Source: an uncultured Planctomycetaceae bacterium
GTDB lineage: Bacteria > Planctomycetota > Planctomycetia > Isosphaerales > Isosphaeraceae
Assembly: GCA_963833985.1 (NCBI GenBank)
Contig: CAWIAD010000002.1
Location: 3,648,001 to 3,712,000 of the forward strand
DNA: 64,000 nt
Direction: 5' to 3'
Both the position numbers and the translations under genes were made by a program. Of the stretch, positions 10,787 through 20,365 are shown one piece after another (within the stretch, counting starts at the first letter, position 1; each line of letters starts with the position of its first letter). Below the pieces are notes generated by a model. The model was not told where the DNA came from, did not search any database, and was given only the letters and a program-made list of their open reading frames with translations.

Positions 10787-11836
10787 TTACACGCTGCGAC
10801 GGAATGCCATGAGGGCTTCACCGTATTCCTGGATGAAAGTCGGCTCTCCATACATCTGACGATACTCCGCATCGACGTACACGGCGAAGCTGGTGACGTG
10901 ACGAATGCCCCGAGAGCCATAGGTTGCCAGATCAGACTCCAGCACGTCTCGTCGCCAGGGCAACTTCACGGCGGGTCGCTTCCAGCCCGAGAACCGGGAC
11001 ACATCCAGCCAGTATTCCAAGACCTGAGCCGTTTCAGTGGGAAACACCTTGAGGTTGGCATCCAGGGATGACAGAGCATCCGGCTGATCAGGAGAGGTCT
11101 GCTGCTTGTAGGGGATGTCATACCGCCGCTTGATCGGGGCGTATTCCAGGAAGATTCCCGGCTCGGGCTTGACCGCCCTTGGCGGCGACAGAGTGTTCGC
11201 GTAGGCGAGATGTGCCAGGCTCGCCTTGGGGTCGATCGCCCGCAAGGCTCGCACAACTCGGTTCTCGATCAGGAGCGCTTGCTCAGAGGGGATTAGCCCT
11301 CTGCATTCTGGGCAGGAGCACCAGGGCTGCCCGTCATCACCCCAGTAGAAGTAGCGTCCCGTAGTCGGTCGTAGCACCTTGGCGATGACGACGGCGTTCT
11401 CGGCGATCACGTTCAGCGCCCGATCGGAGTTGGGGCAGCAGTTGGCATCAGGGTTCCGATTGCCCTTGTCGTCCAAGCGGAAGAACTCAGGATTCTTCTT
11501 GAAGAGGCGGCGGGGCAGCAACTCCTTCATGGCATGAAGCTCATACTCGACCTCCAGCCCGAGCTTCCCACACGAATCGAGGAATCGCTGCCCGGCGTCG
11601 GTCCTGATCCAGTCGATGACCGCCTGGGGCGAGTTCTGATGATGGATGCCAATGGTCGTCAACCCAGCACGCTTGGCACGCTCGGTCCAGTCTGTGAGCG
11701 TCAAGTCCTCGGGCACGAGCACGACGCCACGGGTCAGGAGACCGGACTGCTGAGCCCTTGCGTGGAATCCGTCCGTGCAGATAATCGCTGACACGCTCGC
11801 AGACAGGAAGCGACGACGGTCGAGCATTGCGTTCAC
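10787..11836 (-). CDS. Tat-exported DUF4838-like protein
   Basis: DRRRFL signal; WGDDGQPWCSCPEC and AHLAYANT. Confidence 0.75.
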   Translation of the reverse strand: MNAMLDRRRFLSASVSAIICTDGFHARAQQSGLLTRGVVLVPEDLTLTDWTERAKRAGLTTIGIHHQNSPQAVIDWIRTDAGQRFLDSCGKLGLEVEYELHAMKELLPRRLFKKNPEFFRLDDKGNRNPDANCCPNSDRALNVIAENAVVIAKVLRPTTGRYFYWGDDGQPWCSCPECRGLIPSEQALLIENRVVRALRAIDPKASLAHLAYANTLSPPRAVKPEPGIFLEYAPIKRRYDIPYKQQTSPDQPDALSSLDANLKVFPTETAQVLEYWLDVSRFSGWKRPAVKLPWRRDVLESDLATYGSRGIRHVTSFAVYVDAEYRQMYGEPTFIQEYGEALMAFRRSV

Positions 11837-11896
11837 CTGCCTTCCCCAAAGAGTCCCCCAGCCACTCCACGAACCAGAAGACGGACTGACTAACGT

Positions 11897-12295
11897 TTAC
11901 CGCCAGTTCATCCAGGTGATCGAGAGTTGCAGAACAGTCGCAATCGAGACCCAGATCAGATACGGCACCTGCGCCACGCCAACCCAGCGATAGTGCTTCC
12001 ACACAGCGATGATCATCCAGAGGATCGTGCCCCAGACGATCAGGATGTCCAGGGCAGCCAGAGGCAAGTTCCTCAACCCGAACTGGATCGGGGTGAAGAT
12101 CAGGTTCGCCACAAGGTTGATGGCGAACGGCAACGCCACCTTCCAGCGGATCTTCCTCCGAGCCGCCTGCACGAACACGAAGATAAAGCTGACCAGGATG
12201 ATCGGGTAGAGGATCTGCCAAATCAGCCCGATGGTCGAAGGTGAGGGAGTCCAGGTCGGTTTCGCCAGCCCGTTGTACCACGTCATCCAGTCCAT
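11897..12295 (-). CDS. tspO: TspO/MBR tryptophan-rich sensory protein
   Basis: WYNGLAKPTWTP, IWQILY and PYLIWVSIAT. Confidence 0.85.
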   Translation of the reverse strand: MDWMTWYNGLAKPTWTPSPSTIGLIWQILYPIILVSFIFVFVQAARRKIRWKVALPFAINLVANLIFTPIQFGLRNLPLAALDILIVWGTILWMIIAVWKHYRWVGVAQVPYLIWVSIATVLQLSITWMNWR

Positions 12296-12338
12296 GCCGT
12301 CTCCTCTTCCCGATCATCCTTCAGCGTGGTTGTCTTCT

Positions 12339-13142
12339 TCATGGTTGCTGATTCGCCGCGATCCGCTTCGCGCCCACTGCCAGTTCGTCGATCCAAAGCG
12401 TCTGGTCGTGCGGCACACCGTCATGGAAGTACGGCAACATCATGAACCGGTTGAACTTCATCTTGGGGAAGTCGGTTGAGCGGAACACCACGTCCCTTTG
12501 CTCGATGACGAGCTTCCCATCGACCCACCCCCGCAGTTCCCCGTCGCGGTTTGGCACGTCCCTCGCCATGTCCAGGCTGTTGAGCTTGAACATCGCCTCG
12601 ATGCAGTGCCACTTCCCGTCGTTGAACAGTACCTCCTTGCTGTCGAAGAGTTGCCCATTGTACCCACCCCGCAACGGTCCCTGCGTCAACCCGTGGGGCA
12701 TGTCCCGGTTCTGGATATCCTGAGCCGCCAGCCGCAGCTTGCCGTTGACCGGCTCGATGTAGAGCGTCAAGTGGCTGGCGGCAGGACCGTGATACTTGTC
12801 ATTCTCTGTGGTCATGAAGTGGAGCAAGTGCGGACCATAGGGTTTGTTCGTCCATGACCAATTCGGCGAGAGCATCAGGTAGAACCTGAGATAGACGATC
12901 TCAGTTGGCTCGATGGAATGACGCACGCCCAATGAGTCCGAGGGCGTCAGCTTCCCGTTGGCAAAGTGGTACTGAATGGCGTGCTTCCCGGCGACCGCAT
13001 CATCGCTCAAGACGAAGCGGTCGCCATCGTACCAACCACGGCTCGTCAGTCGAGAGTCCTCGAATCCCTCGGCGATGAACAGGGTCGGTGAGGTTTGACC
13101 CATCAGCACTAGGGGGACAAGAAGGGTCGTGAGCAGAAGCAT
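12339..13142 (-). CDS. Secreted ConA/polysaccharide-lyase-like beta-sandwich protein
   Basis: Signal peptide after a GGAGG RBS; KWHCIEAMFKLN, DGELRGWVDG and WIDELAV. Confidence 0.65.
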   Translation of the reverse strand: MLLLTTLLVPLVLMGQTSPTLFIAEGFEDSRLTSRGWYDGDRFVLSDDAVAGKHAIQYHFANGKLTPSDSLGVRHSIEPTEIVYLRFYLMLSPNWSWTNKPYGPHLLHFMTTENDKYHGPAASHLTLYIEPVNGKLRLAAQDIQNRDMPHGLTQGPLRGGYNGQLFDSKEVLFNDGKWHCIEAMFKLNSLDMARDVPNRDGELRGWVDGKLVIEQRDVVFRSTDFPKMKFNRFMMLPYFHDGVPHDQTLWIDELAVGAKRIAANQQP

Positions 13143-13282
13143 TACACCGCCTCCTCGCATGGTCTGAACTTGATGGGGCATGTTTTCACTCTGCCGAAGC
13201 CACCCAATTCCCATTATCATCAAACCAGAGGCACAAAGCAGGCTCGCTGGATGCTCCAGAATCCGATGGGGAGAGAACGACC

Positions 13283-13999
13283 ATGATGCGGACAATCTCG
13301 AAGGCACTGATTATCACCCTCTTGCTGGGAGGAACGACCGTACTGCGGGCTTCCCAGCACGATGAGCTTCGGGACAAAGCGAGGGCGTTCCAGAAGGCAG
13401 CGGCAGCCCTGGCAGAGATAGGCAGGACGCAGGCAGCCGAGCAACTGGAGCGGGAGTCACAGGCGATCATCCGAGAAGCGGAACGCCAGGAGGGGCAAGT
13501 AAAGCGGGAAACCCCTCGACCTGACATCGAGCAGGAGTTAGGGCACTTAAAGGAGCGGCTGCAAGACCTGCGGCTCAAGCAGAAGAAGCAAGTCGAGGCG
13601 AAAGCATCTGAGCAGGATCAAGCGGTAGTCCGGGAGCACATCTCCGCAACGGAGCGGGAACTGACAGCCTTGAAGCAGCGACTTGCTGGTCGTCAACCTC
13701 GACCTGAGTTCGAGGCTCAGGCACGCAATATCGAGGAGGCTGCCCGGCGCATCCACCACATTCGGGTTGCTGCTGAGAATCTCAAGGCGGCGGGCATTCA
13801 CGAGGTTGCGATGAAGCTCACGGAGCAAGCCGACAAGATGGAGCGTGAGGTCGGAGAAGTCAAGGAGCGGCTTGCCAGGGAGATGGAACGTTCAGGCAGT
13901 GCCGACCCTCGTGATGCTGAGATCAGGGAACTGAGGAACCAGAATGAGCGGCTCCAGACGGAGATCCGTGAGTTGCGGCAGAAGCTCGAACGGCAATGA
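13283..13999 (+). CDS. Secreted coiled-coil protein
   Basis: Signal peptide followed by E/R/Q-rich heptads. Confidence 0.7.
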   Translation: MMRTISKALIITLLLGGTTVLRASQHDELRDKARAFQKAAAALAEIGRTQAAEQLERESQAIIREAERQEGQVKRETPRPDIEQELGHLKERLQDLRLKQKKQVEAKASEQDQAVVREHISATERELTALKQRLAGRQPRPEFEAQARNIEEAARRIHHIRVAAENLKAAGIHEVAMKLTEQADKMEREVGEVKERLAREMERSGSADPRDAEIRELRNQNERLQTEIRELRQKLERQ

Positions 14000-14028
14000 C
14001 GCCGCTCCACAAGACGGAGGAACCCGAC

Positions 14029-14514
14029 ATGCAACTCGTCACGGTGAGAATTGAAAAGCCCGAGGAGATCAATTTTGTCCTCGGGCAGTCCCACTTCATC
14101 AAGTCCGTTGAGGACATCCACGAAGCTCTGGTAGGTGCGGTGCCCGGCATCAAGTTCGGGCTGGCGTTCTGCGAAGCCTCTGGCAAGTGCCTGGTACGCT
14201 GGTCAGGCACGGATGACTCGATGGTCGAACTGGTGCGCAAGAATGCTGCGGCGATAGCCGCAGGTCACAGTTTCATCCTGTTCCTCAGCGAAGGATTCTA
14301 CCCGCTCAACGTGCTGAACATCCTGAAGATGGTCCCTGAAGTGTGCCGCATCTTCTGTGCGACCGCCAACCCTACGGAGGTCATCCTCGCAGAGACCGAA
14401 CAGGGTCGTGGCATCCTAGGCGTAGTGGACGGCTTCTCTCCCAAGGGTGTCGAAGGGGAGGACGATATCGCCTGGCGGAAGGGGTTCCTTCGGCAGATCG
14501 GATACAAGCTGTAA
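14029..14514 (+). CDS. Adenosine-specific kinase (DUF355) family protein
   Basis: GQSHFIKSVED, FCEASG, FCATANP and GVVDG. Confidence 0.85.
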   Translation: MQLVTVRIEKPEEINFVLGQSHFIKSVEDIHEALVGAVPGIKFGLAFCEASGKCLVRWSGTDDSMVELVRKNAAAIAAGHSFILFLSEGFYPLNVLNILKMVPEVCRIFCATANPTEVILAETEQGRGILGVVDGFSPKGVEGEDDIAWRKGFLRQIGYKL

Positions 14515-14567
14515 GCGGACGCAGAAGGGGGCTGCTCGAAGAGAGCGAAGAGTGGCGAGCGACAACA

Positions 14568-15089
14568 ATGTGGAAGCACCTTCGAGCGATCATTCTACTC
14601 CCCGGCGTCGTGACGTTGGTGATCCCTGGGACGATCCTGTGGCGCGAGGGGATGGACACCTATGGCTTGTGGCAGTCGATCCCGGCGTCGAGGGTCATCC
14701 TGCCCTTGATCGGAGTCATGTGCATCAGTCTTGGGCTCCTGCTGATGACCGCCACGATCCGGCTGTTCGAGACGGTCGGCGAGGGCACACTTGCCCCGTG
14801 GGAGCCCCCGAAGAGGCTCGTGGTCCAGGGCGTCTACCGGCACGTCCGCAATCCGATGATCTCCGGGGTGCTCTGCGTTCTTCTTGGAGAGTCGGTGCTC
14901 ACGGCTTCACTACCACTTGTCCACTGGTTCCTCATCTTCGCGATCATCAACTTGATCTACATCCCACTCTTGGAAGAGCCTATGCTCGTCAATCGCTTTG
15001 GCGAAGAGTACGTGACCTACAAGCGGAACGTGCCGAGATGGGTTCCGAGGTGGAAGCCGTGGGAAGGTAGGTTCAGCGACCAGTCGTGA
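14568..15089 (+). CDS. Isoprenylcysteine carboxyl/phospholipid methyltransferase family membrane protein
   Basis: GTLAPW, LVVQGVYRHVRNPM and EEPML...FGEEY..YKRNVPRW. Confidence 0.85.
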   Translation: MWKHLRAIILLPGVVTLVIPGTILWREGMDTYGLWQSIPASRVILPLIGVMCISLGLLLMTATIRLFETVGEGTLAPWEPPKRLVVQGVYRHVRNPMISGVLCVLLGESVLTASLPLVHWFLIFAIINLIYIPLLEEPMLVNRFGEEYVTYKRNVPRWVPRWKPWEGRFSDQS

Positions 15090-15272
15090 GAAGTGGGCAG
15101 GACTTCGGGCGTCAGGTCAGTCCGAACCAGCCCCGCCAGGTACTTGTTGCCTATAATCGGTGACCCTTGAGAAACCCAGATTTGACCGGAGGGGCGTGCC
15201 GTGAAGCCAAGAATCGGATCAAGCGGACACTGATTTTTTCCGGGAAGAATTGTGAGTATCCTGGAGCAAATC

Positions 15273-16010
15273 ATGCGACCAAACTTAGCGGACCTTGGCA
15301 TTCCGTTTTCGTTGTTTGAAGCCCCGGCAGAAGAGGCATTCGAGTATCTCGGCTTGGAGACATGCTCGCTCTGCCGCAGTCCCAGCATTCATTGTTTCCG
15401 CCTGGAGATCGGGGCAGATCTGATAATTGACTGCCCGTCGTGCGGTACTTGCAACGCACTGGACGCTTCAGATCGGCAGTCCACGGAGTGCCGGTCCTGT
15501 GGTGTACCCGTCCCGTTCCCTCTCAATGATGGCGATGAGATCCGCTGCTGTTACGACTGTCTCAGATCCGGGAAAGCGGCTTATACTCAGGACACGGTTC
15601 TGGGAATGATCACCTGGGAGCATGCCCAGAGTGGAGTTACACACGGCGTCCCCGGAGTCTTGAAGAGGGACGACTTCGAGGTCGTTCCATCGGAGGCTGG
15701 CGAAGGGTGGACTTGCGTCCGAGTACCGACCGAGTTACTCCTGGAGCTTACACGCACCCCGACCTATTCGACCATCCAGGGGGAGCGGTGGCAGTTTTGT
15801 TGCCGCCGACCCATGATATACCTCGGCTCATGGTCCCGTGACGAGTTCACACGCCGGGCTCCTGACGGGGACGGCAAAGAGTTCTTCACGAAGATCGTCC
15901 AGAATCCGGTCGAGGGGCTCTGGGAAGACCGCCTTCATGATATTACAGGGGTTTACGTGTTTCGGTGCGGGGACTGCGGCACGCTCACTGCCCACTGGGA
16001 CATTGCATAG
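15273..16010 (+). CDS. CbrC/UPF0167-like Cys-rich protein
   Basis: Multiple CxxC pairs; ELTRTPTY...QGERWQFCC and YVFRCGDCG. Confidence 0.7.
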   Translation: MRPNLADLGIPFSLFEAPAEEAFEYLGLETCSLCRSPSIHCFRLEIGADLIIDCPSCGTCNALDASDRQSTECRSCGVPVPFPLNDGDEIRCCYDCLRSGKAAYTQDTVLGMITWEHAQSGVTHGVPGVLKRDDFEVVPSEAGEGWTCVRVPTELLLELTRTPTYSTIQGERWQFCCRRPMIYLGSWSRDEFTRRAPDGDGKEFFTKIVQNPVEGLWEDRLHDITGVYVFRCGDCGTLTAHWDIA

Positions 16011-16029
16011 CCCGATATCGCTCGCACAA

Positions 16030-16166
16030 GACAAGACGAAGCGTGGTCCCTCGTCGTCTTGCTCGATCCCTATCATGTGCCAGCCAATCTGCGCAATGTC
16101 AGCGAGAACTTGACGGTCTTCATCGTCCCTGGCAACCGGTGTCGGGGTTTGTGGGAGTCGTTGCAT
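16030..16166 (-). pseudogene. DUF4262-like N-terminal remnant
   Basis: DDEDRQVLADIAQIGWHMIGIEQDDEGPRF, after which the similarity stops. Confidence 0.45.
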
Positions 16167-16194
16167 TTCCAGGCTCTCCGGTCTCTGGGTCAAG

Positions 16195-16854
16195 TCAACG
16201 ACCCCGGAGGACTGCATCCAATACCCAGCACCCTCGAACGTGGTCAGCAAGAGTGCGGCAGTGCGACAGAACACCACCATCATCACAGCCCGCCGCTTCC
16301 AAGGCTTGCGCCAGTTCGGGCATCCGCTCGAAGGACCGATGCTCGTCAATGGAGCCTGCGAGCGAGATGACCTCGTGCGTACACCAATCTGGAATCGTTG
16401 AGTTCCTTGGAGACGGAGGTCTAATCACACACCGGATCAAGTTGCAGGTCGGTGGTCGCTCTTTGACTCCCATCAGACCCATGCCTGCGAGCCGATTGAT
16501 CTCTGGGATCACCGACCCGCATGCATTCTCACCGGAGGCAACCTCGGCTAGCCATAGGGCATTCCAGTTGGGTGATGCAACGCCGACTAAGACCGGCATA
16601 CCATGCCGAACCCCATGCACTGCTTGCCTTGCCCTTTTCAGTGATGCCTTTGTTCCACTCCCATCGGCATACTGTTCCGCTGCCCCGATCGCCTCTTCGA
16701 TCGCATTAGCAGCCTCCTGATCACCCAGCATCGTCGAGAGATGGCGGCAGCAAGCAATGGCGATAAGTCGTAACTCTCGCTCGCTTGCGTAGGAGCGTAC
16801 CGCTTCCAGCATCGCCATGTCGTCATTGGATGTAAGCCATTCGGAGTCGGTCAT
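16195..16854 (-). CDS. Planctomycete-expanded hypothetical family (C-terminal HCR...HVRGCWVLD)
   Basis: MTDSEWL..., RLIAIACCR, LAQALEAAGC and HVRGCWVLD. Confidence 0.75.
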   Translation of the reverse strand: MTDSEWLTSNDDMAMLEAVRSYASERELRLIAIACCRHLSTMLGDQEAANAIEEAIGAAEQYADGSGTKASLKRARQAVHGVRHGMPVLVGVASPNWNALWLAEVASGENACGSVIPEINRLAGMGLMGVKERPPTCNLIRCVIRPPSPRNSTIPDWCTHEVISLAGSIDEHRSFERMPELAQALEAAGCDDGGVLSHCRTLADHVRGCWVLDAVLRGR

Positions 16855-16943
16855 GATGCTCCATCCCCGGTCTGACTTAAATGTGTTCAGGACAACGCCC
16901 ACGTCCGGTCCTGCAATTGTTCACGGGACCGCACCCTCTGGGA

Positions 16944-17303
16944 CTAGATACGAGGGGGCTCCCAGATGGTCCGCTCATCCCACACGTCGCCCGTATTCAA
17001 TGTCCCGGCAGGCTCGAAGAGCAGCACGTGGACCTCATCCTCGGCAACGGGGCGGTGCTCCACGCCTCGGGGCACAATCAGGAACTCGCCTTCCTCCAGC
17101 CAGACATGGCGGTCGCGGTACTCCATCCTGAATCGCCCTTTGACCACCAGGAACAGTTCATCTTCGTGGTCGTGCTTATGCCAGACGAACTCGCCCTCGA
17201 ACTTGACAAGCTTGACATGCTGCCCATTCAACTCGCCCACAACCCTGGGGCTCCAGTGATCGTGGAACAGGGCGAGCTTCTCCCTGATGTTCACTTTGTC
17301 CAC
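16944..17303 (-). CDS. Cupin domain protein
   Basis: FVWHKHDHEDELF and VPRGVEHRP. Confidence 0.9.
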   Translation of the reverse strand: MDKVNIREKLALFHDHWSPRVVGELNGQHVKLVKFEGEFVWHKHDHEDELFLVVKGRFRMEYRDRHVWLEEGEFLIVPRGVEHRPVAEDEVHVLLFEPAGTLNTGDVWDERTIWEPPRI

Positions 17304-17381
17304 GATGGTTTACCCTCTCGTTACCCGTTGTCTTTCTCGGGCTGACTCAAGCAGTCCCCAAGGCTCCGAGTTTCCAGCAGG

Positions 17382-18599
17382 CTATTTCTTCGGGTCAGGG
17401 CTCCAATGACCCTGCTTCAGTTTCTCATACTTCTTCGTCAGGAAGTCCAGGTGATCCCCCTTCGTCATTGCCGCCTCGAATACCTTGATCGCCAGCGGGT
17501 TCTTCCCCTTCTTCATTGCCCGGTCTGCGAGTCGGATGATCCGCCTCCACGCCCTTGATCCCATCTCCCTGGCGAGATCCTCGAATTCGTCAAACCGCTC
17601 CTGCTCGGCAACCACCTGACCCAAGAATGTGAGCGCCTCCTCACTCTGGTAATCCAGGTCATCTTCACGCAGTGCGGTGACCTCATGGCGTAGATGCTCA
17701 ACGCATAGGTCTGCCTGACTCTCCGTAAGTCCCCGGAAATAGCCCTCGATCCCATCGTCAGTGAGCCCGTAGTCCTCCCAAATCAGGAAATCCAGGAGGT
17801 CGGTGAAGAAGACCCGCTCGTCGATCTCGGTCTGGTCAAGGGGAATCTTGAGGTAGGCGGTGAAGCCGTCATCGAAACTCGCCCCAATAACGCCGAACGA
17901 GTCATCCGCTTTCTCGATCAGTTCTATGATCACCGTCATCAAGCTCCGCAAGAGCGCTTGTGCCTGAGCCACCTTATTCGCTGCGAGGAGTTTCTTTGCC
18001 TCTTCCACGTAACCGTCGAGGGTTTCAGAAATCCGAAACGACTCATTCTTTGAATAAAACCTCCTGTGGCGGAAGTGAGTGCCGATCTTCTTCGCATAGG
18101 ACTCTGGCGAGACCGGGAAATTCTTCCAGTAACCACGCAGGGCATGAATTGATCGCCGCTTTCGGGGCGTATCCTTCATAGGCTCCGACAAATCTCGCTC
18201 CCGGTAGATGGTCTGGCTCATCCTATCGATCGCTCGTCGCTTCTCCGTTTTGGCGAGATCACCAGCGGCTTTGAAGACCTGATCCGGGGTAATCACCGCT
18301 TCGTTCAGGCGGCGTTTGAGATCACGTATGTGGCATCGCTTGCGCTCGATGGAGTCACGGTGTTTGAAGAAACCTCTCCCTTCCTTGATCTGGTTGGCTA
18401 GGCGATCCAGGTCGCCGTCATGCGTATGTACGGCGACAATGCAAAACCACAAATCCCAGTAGCTCAGGTCGAGTGATGTGCCCTGGGTGGTGGGAATGGT
18501 CAAGGCGTGATCAGTACCGCTGATCGTGGGTCTCTTCTGAGGCTGGGGTTCTGGCTCCCGGATTGACGGACTCGTATTCACTCCCTTCTTCTTTGCCAT
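17382..18599 (-). CDS. Hypothetical helical protein
   Basis: 405-aa ORF with a GAGG RBS; no motif recognised. Confidence 0.7.
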   Translation of the reverse strand: MAKKKGVNTSPSIREPEPQPQKRPTISGTDHALTIPTTQGTSLDLSYWDLWFCIVAVHTHDGDLDRLANQIKEGRGFFKHRDSIERKRCHIRDLKRRLNEAVITPDQVFKAAGDLAKTEKRRAIDRMSQTIYRERDLSEPMKDTPRKRRSIHALRGYWKNFPVSPESYAKKIGTHFRHRRFYSKNESFRISETLDGYVEEAKKLLAANKVAQAQALLRSLMTVIIELIEKADDSFGVIGASFDDGFTAYLKIPLDQTEIDERVFFTDLLDFLIWEDYGLTDDGIEGYFRGLTESQADLCVEHLRHEVTALREDDLDYQSEEALTFLGQVVAEQERFDEFEDLAREMGSRAWRRIIRLADRAMKKGKNPLAIKVFEAAMTKGDHLDFLTKKYEKLKQGHWSPDPKK

Positions 18600-18715
18600 C
18601 TGAGAATCCTCGATCGGGCTTGGCTATTCCTACTTCCGAAGCTTCGTAAGCCAAGATACTCGATCAGCCAACAGAGGAGGGAGCCAGGCACAGCACCAGT
18701 TGCGTCTGTCCCCCA

Positions 18716-19129
18716 TCAGTCCTGCTTCCGACCCGATCCGCCTTTCACGATCTTCATGTTGTTCCAATCAACCAGTGGCAGCACGATGGAATTACCCGGA
18801 CCTTCACCCGTGCCCAACTGACCCATCGAGACGAAGCAGTTCTGAGACAAGAACCAAGCCATCTCCTCCTGGTTGATCGGACCATCGGCGTAAACGTCGA
18901 TCATCACAGATGCCACAAGCCTATACCTTATCAGTCCCTTGCAGCGCCTCTTGAGAATCCGCCGCATGTCTTGAGTCACAACCAGCGAATCGGCATAGGT
19001 CACGGCTTTTCGCTGGTCGTTGGAGAAGCCTCTCCCCGTCCAGTACCGCTCCCTCTCATCCTGGATGATGTACCGGAGCCATTGCGATTCGATAAAAGGA
19101 ATTGCAGCCAAGGTTGGCTTCTTCATCAT
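18716..19129 (-). CDS. Hypothetical protein downstream of the motif copies at 19190/19289
   Basis: GGAGG RBS before ATG 19129. Confidence 0.6.
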   Translation of the reverse strand: MMKKPTLAAIPFIESQWLRYIIQDERERYWTGRGFSNDQRKAVTYADSLVVTQDMRRILKRRCKGLIRYRLVASVMIDVYADGPINQEEMAWFLSQNCFVSMGQLGTGEGPGNSIVLPLVDWNNMKIVKGGSGRKQD

Positions 19130-19157
19130 GGTGATCCCGTAATACCTCCGACGATCC

Positions 19158-19332
19158 AAGGAGCCTTCACCGGGCTCTCTCCATATACTTCGTCGGTGTC
19201 AGGCGGTGTGCGTGTCGGCTGATCCCCAGGCTGGGTGGCGCTGTCCCTGCCGATTTAAGGAGCCTTCACCGGGCTCTCTCCATATACTTCGTCGGTGTCA
19301 GGCGGTGTGCGTGTCGGCTGATCCCCAGGCTG
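19158..19332. repeat. Exact 76-bp direct repeat (19158-19233 and 19257-19332), each containing a minus-strand TGACACCGACGA
   Basis: Read directly from the sequence; 23-bp spacer. Confidence 0.9.
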
Positions 19333-20365
19333 AATGGCGGCGCTCTCTATATAATAATACGAGGGGCGAAGGCTACGGACGCCTCCCGCACCCGTCAGGG
19401 GCATTTGTAAGTCGCATGAGACTTACGACTTGGCGACATAATCTCAATCGAGAACGAAGGTTCCGCCAACCCCCATCCTGGCTCACGTCCCCCGTCTGGT
19501 CTCATTTCCGCCGCTCCTTCGCAGCCAACTGACACCGCCGATTGCGTCGTTGATAACCAACGACCAACCGGGAGTCAGTCATGCCAACGCAAGAACAACT
19601 CAGAGAGCAGATCACCGCACAAGTCATCGCCGCCTTGGAGTCCGGTGACGTGCCGCCGTGGAGAAGACCTTGGCGACTGGGCAAGAATGCTGGTTCCCCC
19701 GCCAACGTGGTCTCCAAGCGAGGCTACCGAGGGCTCAACCTGCTGCTCTTGGACGTGGCGGCGACTCGCCACAACCTGTCCAGTCGTTGGTGGGGAACTT
19801 TCAATCAGTGGCGGCAACTGGGCGGCAGGGTGATGTCTCGTCCAAGCCACGTTCCTCCTGGCAAATGGGGAACTCAGATCGTCTTCTGGGCTCCCGTCGT
19901 CAAGACAGTCGAAAACGAGAACGGCGAGGAGGAAGAAGACCGGTTCTTCTTCATGCGGACTTACTGCGTCTTCAATAGCGAGCAAGTTGATGGGCTTGAC
20001 CACCTCAAAGCCGGTCAACCTGACACCGGTAAGAACCACGTCGTCGATTTCCAGCCCGCCGAAGAGGCATTGGAAGCCAGTCTCTCTGGGATGCAACTGA
20101 GCCTTCGTTTTGGCGGGGGCAAGGCGTTCTACAACCCTGCCCAGGACTACGTGCAGATCCCACCAAAGGCGACCTTCGAGTCACTGAAAGAGTACTACGG
20201 AACCGTCTTCCACGAACTCGTTCATGCCACGGAACACGAGTCTCGGCTGAACTGGAGTCGGAAGGACAAAGACAAGACCTATGCCTTCGGGGAACTCATC
20301 GCCGAGTTGGGCGGCGTCTTCGTCTGTCGTGAGTTGGGAGTCCCGGCGAGCGATGACCTGACTAA

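Noticed and set aside
15160..15235. Possible IS end remnant (…AAGCGGACAC)
   Set aside because: No matching inverted repeat, transposase or target duplication was found.
20021..20032. TGACACCGGTAA inside ardC (also TGACACCGCTTC at 2649 and CGACACCGCCAG at 60935)
   Set aside because: Partial matches without the downstream hairpin/RBS/start arrangement; probably chance.
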